Shown here piece after piece: positions 59,335 through 64,000 of a stretch of 64,000 nucleotides of DNA. Position 1 is the stretch's first letter, and each line of letters begins with the position of its first letter. This stretch comes from Candidatus Saccharicenans sp. (GTDB lineage Bacteria; Acidobacteriota; Aminicenantia; Aminicenantales; Saccharicenantaceae). The stretch spans positions 43,035 through 107,034 of the forward strand of contig JBNARJ010000008.1 of the NCBI GenBank assembly GCA_049719515.1, in the 5' to 3' direction. Under the pieces are notes generated by a model. It did no database searches and was not told the DNA's origin. It saw only the letters and a list, made by a program, of their open reading frames with translations. The position numbers were made by a program, and so were the translations under genes.

Positions 59335-60444
59335 ATGGCCATTGAAAGAATTGAGCTGAATTTTCTGCGGCTTCCTTATGTTCATTTTTTTGAGACCAGT
59401 TTTGGCCGGGCCTATGACCGGACGTTTATCATCATCAGAGTTTATGAAGACGGAGTAGCAGGCTACGGTGAATGTGTGGCGGAAGAGAAGCCACTTTACA
59501 GCGGCGAGACCACCGAGACCGCCTGGCACATTTTGAAAGATTTCTTGATTCCGCTGGTTTTCAGCCGTCAGCTGGTTGAACCTGAAGATTATTACCAGGC
59601 GGCCAAGGTTTTCCGCGGCAACCAGATGGCCAAGGCCGGGCTGGAACTGGCACTCTGGGATTTAAAGGCTAAAAAGCAAGGCCTTCCCCTTTCGAAACTC
59701 TGGGGAGGAATAAAGGAAGAAATTCCGGCCGGGGTCAGCGTCGGCATAGAAGATTCAGTGCCTGACCTGCTGTCGCGCATTGAGCAGTATTTGAGCCAGG
59801 GTTATGAGAGGATAAAAATAAAGATTAAGCCGGGCTGGGATGTGGATGTTTGTCGTGCGATAAGGGAAAAATATCCCAACCTCATGCTGCAGGCCGATGC
59901 CAACGGCGCCTATACAATTGAGCAGGCTGAGCATCTTCGCCAGCTGGATGCTTTCAACCTGCTGATGGTGGAACAGCCATTTCCACCTTATGACCTGTGG
60001 GACCACAGCCGGCTGCAGAAAAAAATGACCACCCCGATTTGCCTTGATGAGAGCATTATTTCCTTTGATTCAGCCCGGGCCGCTCTGGAAATGGGAAGCT
60101 GCCGCATCATCAACATCAAAGTTGGCCGGGTCGGTGGAATAATAGAAGCCAAGAAAATTCACGATTACTGCCAGCGTTACGGTGTCGGTGTGTGGTGCGG
60201 CGGCATGCTGGAAAGTGGCATAGGCCGGGCGGCTAATCTGCATCTTGCCACCTTACCCAATTTTAAGTACCCGAACGACCTGTCGGCCAGCGCCCGTTAC
60301 TATCAAGAAGATTTGATAGAACCGCCAATTGTGCTCAGCCGGCCGGGTTACATCCGCGTGCCTGAGGGACCGGGAATCGGCGTCAATCCGGTTGAAGAAC
60401 GAATTGAAAAAGCAACTTTGAGAAAGGAAATTTTTAAACCCTGA
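59335..60444 (+). CDS. menC: o-succinylbenzoate synthase / N-succinylamino acid racemase (enolase superfamily)
   Basis: Motifs F.TSFG, KIKIKPGWD, DAN.AY, EQP, CLDESI, NIK.GRVGG, WCGGMLESG.GRA and SAS.RY...D. Confidence 0.92.
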   Translation: MAIERIELNFLRLPYVHFFETSFGRAYDRTFIIIRVYEDGVAGYGECVAEEKPLYSGETTETAWHILKDFLIPLVFSRQLVEPEDYYQAAKVFRGNQMAKAGLELALWDLKAKKQGLPLSKLWGGIKEEIPAGVSVGIEDSVPDLLSRIEQYLSQGYERIKIKIKPGWDVDVCRAIREKYPNLMLQADANGAYTIEQAEHLRQLDAFNLLMVEQPFPPYDLWDHSRLQKKMTTPICLDESIISFDSARAALEMGSCRIINIKVGRVGGIIEAKKIHDYCQRYGVGVWCGGMLESGIGRAANLHLATLPNFKYPNDLSASARYYQEDLIEPPIVLSRPGYIRVPEGPGIGVNPVEERIEKATLRKEIFKP

Positions 60445-60612
60445 ACCTCGATTTGTGACCGAGTTTTAAGTGGAATTGAGCAAGCGCTTTTAGCAGGTAA
60501 ACTGCAGGCGGGAAGATGAGGGATAGCTCAAGTCCGTAAGAGGAAATAAAAAGCGGAGAGAATTATAGTCATCAGTTGCCGAAATAAATTAATCCAGACC
60601 CGGTGAAGTCAG

Positions 60613-61275
60613 ATGGTTAAAAGAGAAAAAATTTATCCGGAATCAAAGGTGGAACTTTCCCCGCTGGTTGCCAGGCATTATGATTTGCTCCTGGACCTGG
60701 CCACTTTTGGAGGATATGCTCGGTTTATCAGGAAAGCCATAAGTGATTTGGGAATAAAGCCGGAAGATTCCATACTTGACCTCGGTTGCGGCACCGGTCG
60801 CAACGCCGCCCTGATGATGAAATATCTTGGGGAAAGAGGCAGAATTGTCGGCCTTGATTTGCTGCCCGAGATGAAAGAGCAATTTGAAGAGAGGTTTAAA
60901 GAAGAACCGCGGGCTTCCTTCCTTCAACAGCGCATTGACCTGCCTTTTGACCTGAACGAGAAATACGATTTAGCTTTTATCAGCTTTGTGCTCCATGGTT
61001 TCCCGCAGCCGGTCAGAATGGTCATTTTAGAAAACATCAGGCGTCATTTAAAACCGGGTGGCCGACTGGCCCTTCTGGACTGGGCAGAATTCAGCCTGTC
61101 AGAAAAATCAAAGTTCTTCCGCTGGGTTTTCCGCAAATTTGAATGTCGCTATGCGCTGGATTTTATTGGGTTTGACTGGAAAAAAATTCTGGAAAGCTTC
61201 GGCTTTCAGGTTGAGACAGAGAACTTTTATTTTAAAAAATCTATTCGCCTGCTTATTTCAAGTTTAAAACCTTAA
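60613..61275 (+). CDS. Class I SAM-dependent methyltransferase (UbiE-like)
   Basis: Motifs ILDLGCGTG, VGLD, F.LH and LKPGGRL.LLD. Confidence 0.9.
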   Translation: MVKREKIYPESKVELSPLVARHYDLLLDLATFGGYARFIRKAISDLGIKPEDSILDLGCGTGRNAALMMKYLGERGRIVGLDLLPEMKEQFEERFKEEPRASFLQQRIDLPFDLNEKYDLAFISFVLHGFPQPVRMVILENIRRHLKPGGRLALLDWAEFSLSEKSKFFRWVFRKFECRYALDFIGFDWKKILESFGFQVETENFYFKKSIRLLISSLKP

Positions 61276-61698
61276 AAAGTCTTAAGAGTCGCAATTTAGT
61301 AAACGCCAGGTGAATCCGGTGCCGGCTTTTAAAATTTTGATGAAACCCGATGTCCGACTCCTGACAGATTAATCTTTTAGACAGGCTATTTTTATCGACA
61401 CTGAATTGCTTTTCTTTCAGGAAGGGGAAGCTAAATTTTTGGCTCATCTGTAGTGTCCGCTGTCGGTCTGGCTGATAAGGCCGCCAGATGTGAAACGTAA
61501 ATCTGCCCTAAATCAGCAGCTGAAGAAGGTTTCTTGAGCCTTGAGAATAGTCAGACAATTTTCCCAGAGCGAATAAGGCAGATTTTAACCTGGAAATTAA
61601 CAGGGTGGGCAAAGTTAATGTATAAAATGTATAATTAGATACTCACGGAAGCAATGAAAGTTTGGACATCAAGGAATTTTAGAAATTAGGAGAAAAGC

Positions 61699-62946
61699 AT
61701 GAAAAACCTGGTGATAATCGGAGCCGGAACGGGGGGCACCATCATGGCCAACAAGCTGGTGGGACCGCTTAAAAGGCGGGGTTGGAAAATTACGGTTATA
61801 GATAAAGATGACCACCATTATTATCAACCGGGCTTTCTGCTGGTGCCTTTCGGCATCTATCAGCCGGATGACCTGGTCAGACGGCGTTCCCACCTGCTGC
61901 CCCGCGGGGTGGAATTTTTAACCAAAGAAGTGGAAGAAATCAAGCCGCAGTCGAAGTCCATAAAACTGGCTGACGGCCAGGAAATAAATTACGACCTGTT
62001 GTTAATTGCCACCGGGACGCACATCCGACCGGAAGAAACGCCGGGCCTGCTTGATGGCTGGCGGCAAAATATCTTCGATTATTATTCGATAGATGGAGCT
62101 GCTGCTCTGGCTGAGAAACTGCATGAATTCAAAGAAGGTACTTTGGTGGTTCACCTTAATGAAATGCCCATCAAGTGCAACGTCTCGCCGCTGGAATTTG
62201 CTTTCCTGGCCGACTGGTATTTCCGAAAAAGGGGAATTCGGGATAACATAAAAATTGTTTACGTCACACCCATCTCAGGTGCTTTTACCAGGCCGGTGGC
62301 CACCCGTTACCTCGGCGACCTCCAGGCTAAGAAAAAAATCGAAGTGGAGAGCTTTTTCATGACGGAAAGAATTGACGCGGCCAACGGCAAACTCGTCTGT
62401 TATGATGGCCGTGAGGTTCACTTTGACCTGCTGGTGACCATCCCCACCAACCTGGGGGCGGAATTAATCAGACGCTCTGGCCTGGGCGATGAGATGAATT
62501 ACGTGCCGGTGGATGAATCAGGATTCCGCTCGGAAAAATATGCCGATATCTTCGTGCTGGGCGATGCCGCCGGGAATGATTGGACCAAGGCCGGTTCGGT
62601 GGTCCATTTTGCTTCAGAAATCCTGGACAAGATTATCCTGGCCGAAATAGACGGGCAGAAAACCGAAGTCAAATTTGATGGCCATGCCAACTGTTTCATC
62701 GAAACCGGGTTCGGCAAAGCAGTCGTCATAGATTACAACCACGAAATTGAGCCGCTGCCCGGAAAATATCCGTTGCCGCTCATCGGGCCGATGTCCCTGT
62801 TGAAAGAAACCCGCATCAATCACTGGTCCAAGCTGGCCTTTGAGTGGGTTTACTGGCACTGGCTGCTTAAAGGGCGGGCCGTGCCGTTCGTACCGGCCCT
62901 GATGTCAATGCGCGGCAAGAAGGATGTCAGGCTGGAAAAGGCCTGA
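61699..62946 (+). CDS. Sulfide:quinone oxidoreductase, type III-like flavoprotein
   Basis: Motifs GAGTGG, H.YQPG.L, PIKC...PLEF.FL.D, KAGSV.H, FDGHANCFIETG..KA and NHW.KL.F.W.YW..L. Confidence 0.85.
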   Translation: MKNLVIIGAGTGGTIMANKLVGPLKRRGWKITVIDKDDHHYYQPGFLLVPFGIYQPDDLVRRRSHLLPRGVEFLTKEVEEIKPQSKSIKLADGQEINYDLLLIATGTHIRPEETPGLLDGWRQNIFDYYSIDGAAALAEKLHEFKEGTLVVHLNEMPIKCNVSPLEFAFLADWYFRKRGIRDNIKIVYVTPISGAFTRPVATRYLGDLQAKKKIEVESFFMTERIDAANGKLVCYDGREVHFDLLVTIPTNLGAELIRRSGLGDEMNYVPVDESGFRSEKYADIFVLGDAAGNDWTKAGSVVHFASEILDKIILAEIDGQKTEVKFDGHANCFIETGFGKAVVIDYNHEIEPLPGKYPLPLIGPMSLLKETRINHWSKLAFEWVYWHWLLKGRAVPFVPALMSMRGKKDVRLEKA

Positions 62947-63180
62947 TGGCCATTACCTCTCTTATGATTGCTTGTTTTTGGGCCGTCATATTTATTTTAA
63001 AATTCAATTATTTTTGTCTTTTCCGGCTAAATCTCAGGTCGGAGCGGTCTGCCGATGATTGGCCGGGGAAAGACATTCAGGAGAAATAATGTTTGCTTCG
63101 GAGGGGAAATTATGGTACTTTAGTAAGCAGGTTTATTTATCTGCCGCGCGGTATAAAATTAAATTTCAGGAGGAAATTAG

Positions 63181-63837
63181 ATGACAAAAGCAATGAAGAG
63201 ACTGTCTGTGGTGTTGGCCTCTCTGTTCCTGCTCGGTCTGCTGGTTAATTCGGCCCTGGCCGGTGTCAGGTTTGGGGTTAAGGGTGGAATTGCTCTGGCC
63301 AACATCAAGTCGGTGCCCAGCACCTTTGAAGGGTACAGTTGGGAAAACAAGACGGGTCTGGCCGGCGGGCTTTCCATGGAGATCGGCCTGCCCGGACCAT
63401 TCTCCATCCAACCGGAGTTGCTTTACATTCAGAAAGGGGCCAAGATTTCGGTTTCCGAGGGTGATATTACGGGCACCTTCAAGGCCAACATTGATTATTT
63501 TGAGGTTCCTGTGCTGCTGAAATACAACCTGGTTTCCGGAGGGTTGACCATTCCATCCATTTATGCCGGTCCTTATGTTGGGTTTAACACCAGCGCAAAA
63601 TTCGTTCTTTCCATCTCCGGCTATCCGGACGAAACGGAAGATATCAAGGACCAGATAAAGAATACGGAATTCGGAGCAGTTTTTGGTGTTGGGCTGACCC
63701 AGAAACTCGGCCTGTTTAAAATTACTCTGGATGCCCGATATGACCTGGGCCTTTCCAACATTGTTGAAGTTACCGAGGGTGGGCCTGAATCCATCAAGAC
63801 GAGAACCTGGCTGTTCATGGTCGGCCTGTCTTTCTAA
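63181..63837 (+). CDS. Outer membrane beta-barrel (porin family / PorT-like)
   Basis: Signal peptide, FGVKGG, IQPELLY.QKG, Y..VPVL.K, DARY.LGL and terminal Phe. Confidence 0.88.
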   Translation: MTKAMKRLSVVLASLFLLGLLVNSALAGVRFGVKGGIALANIKSVPSTFEGYSWENKTGLAGGLSMEIGLPGPFSIQPELLYIQKGAKISVSEGDITGTFKANIDYFEVPVLLKYNLVSGGLTIPSIYAGPYVGFNTSAKFVLSISGYPDETEDIKDQIKNTEFGAVFGVGLTQKLGLFKITLDARYDLGLSNIVEVTEGGPESIKTRTWLFMVGLSF

Positions 63838-63862
63838 GAATACCTGGGAAATAGATTTTAGT

Positions 63863-63896
63863 AAGGGGAAGGACCAAAAGGCCCTTCCCTTTTTTT
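63863..63896 (+). terminator. Rho-independent terminator
   Basis: GGGAAGG-a-CC-AAAA-GG-c-CCTTCCC followed by T7. Confidence 0.8.
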
Positions 63897-64000
63897 ATGC
63901 TCATTTTGTCTAAAAGGCACAAATTTTAGGACAATTATTTTAAGTTTCGGTAGAATCTCGCTAAATCAGACTTTCTGTTGTAAGCCACGTTGTTTAACCG

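Noticed and set aside
61276-61698. Inverted repeats (AAATCTGCC/GGCAGATTT and CATCTG/CAGATG) upstream of SQR
   Set aside because: They are short, show no target-site duplication and match no RNA family I recognise, so they cannot be told from chance by eye.
1-64000. CRISPR arrays, IS elements, prophage and defence systems
   Set aside because: No periodic direct repeats, transposase, phage or defence motifs were seen, and the tmRNA and tRNA 3' ends appear unoccupied.

Overview
This is a 64-kb core-chromosome segment from an anaerobic diderm bacterium. The gene set (short EF-Ts, rplM-rpsI-rpsB-tsf-pyrH-frr operon, GWxTD protein, Oar-like TonB-dependent receptor, LolA, TolC) is suggestive of Acidobacteriota/Ca. 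Aminicenantes, which is an inference only. Positions 1-13 kb hold one operon: an FdhF/NuoG-like protein (truncated by the window edge), an AsrA/AsrB (HydB/HydG)-like NAD(P)H module, a HycI protease, a Hyc-type group 4 [NiFe] hydrogenase and a three-protein two-component set. The rest contains tmRNA, amidase-GerMN-der, the translation operon, lolA with an ECF sigma/anti-sigma module, a dif-like site about 1.9 kb from xerD, a TetR-TolC-MFP-RND pump, a LamG-metallophosphoesterase, an aeRF1-like protein, tRNA-Leu, lepA, mtnA, tsaD, a TolC-GT2-GT4-GNAT-menC cluster, SQR and a porin. No transposase, prophage or CRISPR array is visible. The best candidate for an undescribed system is the hydrogenase operon. 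Its 'formate dehydrogenase' has lost the catalytic Arg motif, its only antiporter-like subunit has Gln in place of the conserved TM5 Glu, and it carries an NAD(P)H diaphorase pair. Together these suggest a rewired FHL-like NAD(P)H/H2 complex. All protein calls come from motif recognition by eye; no database searches were run.
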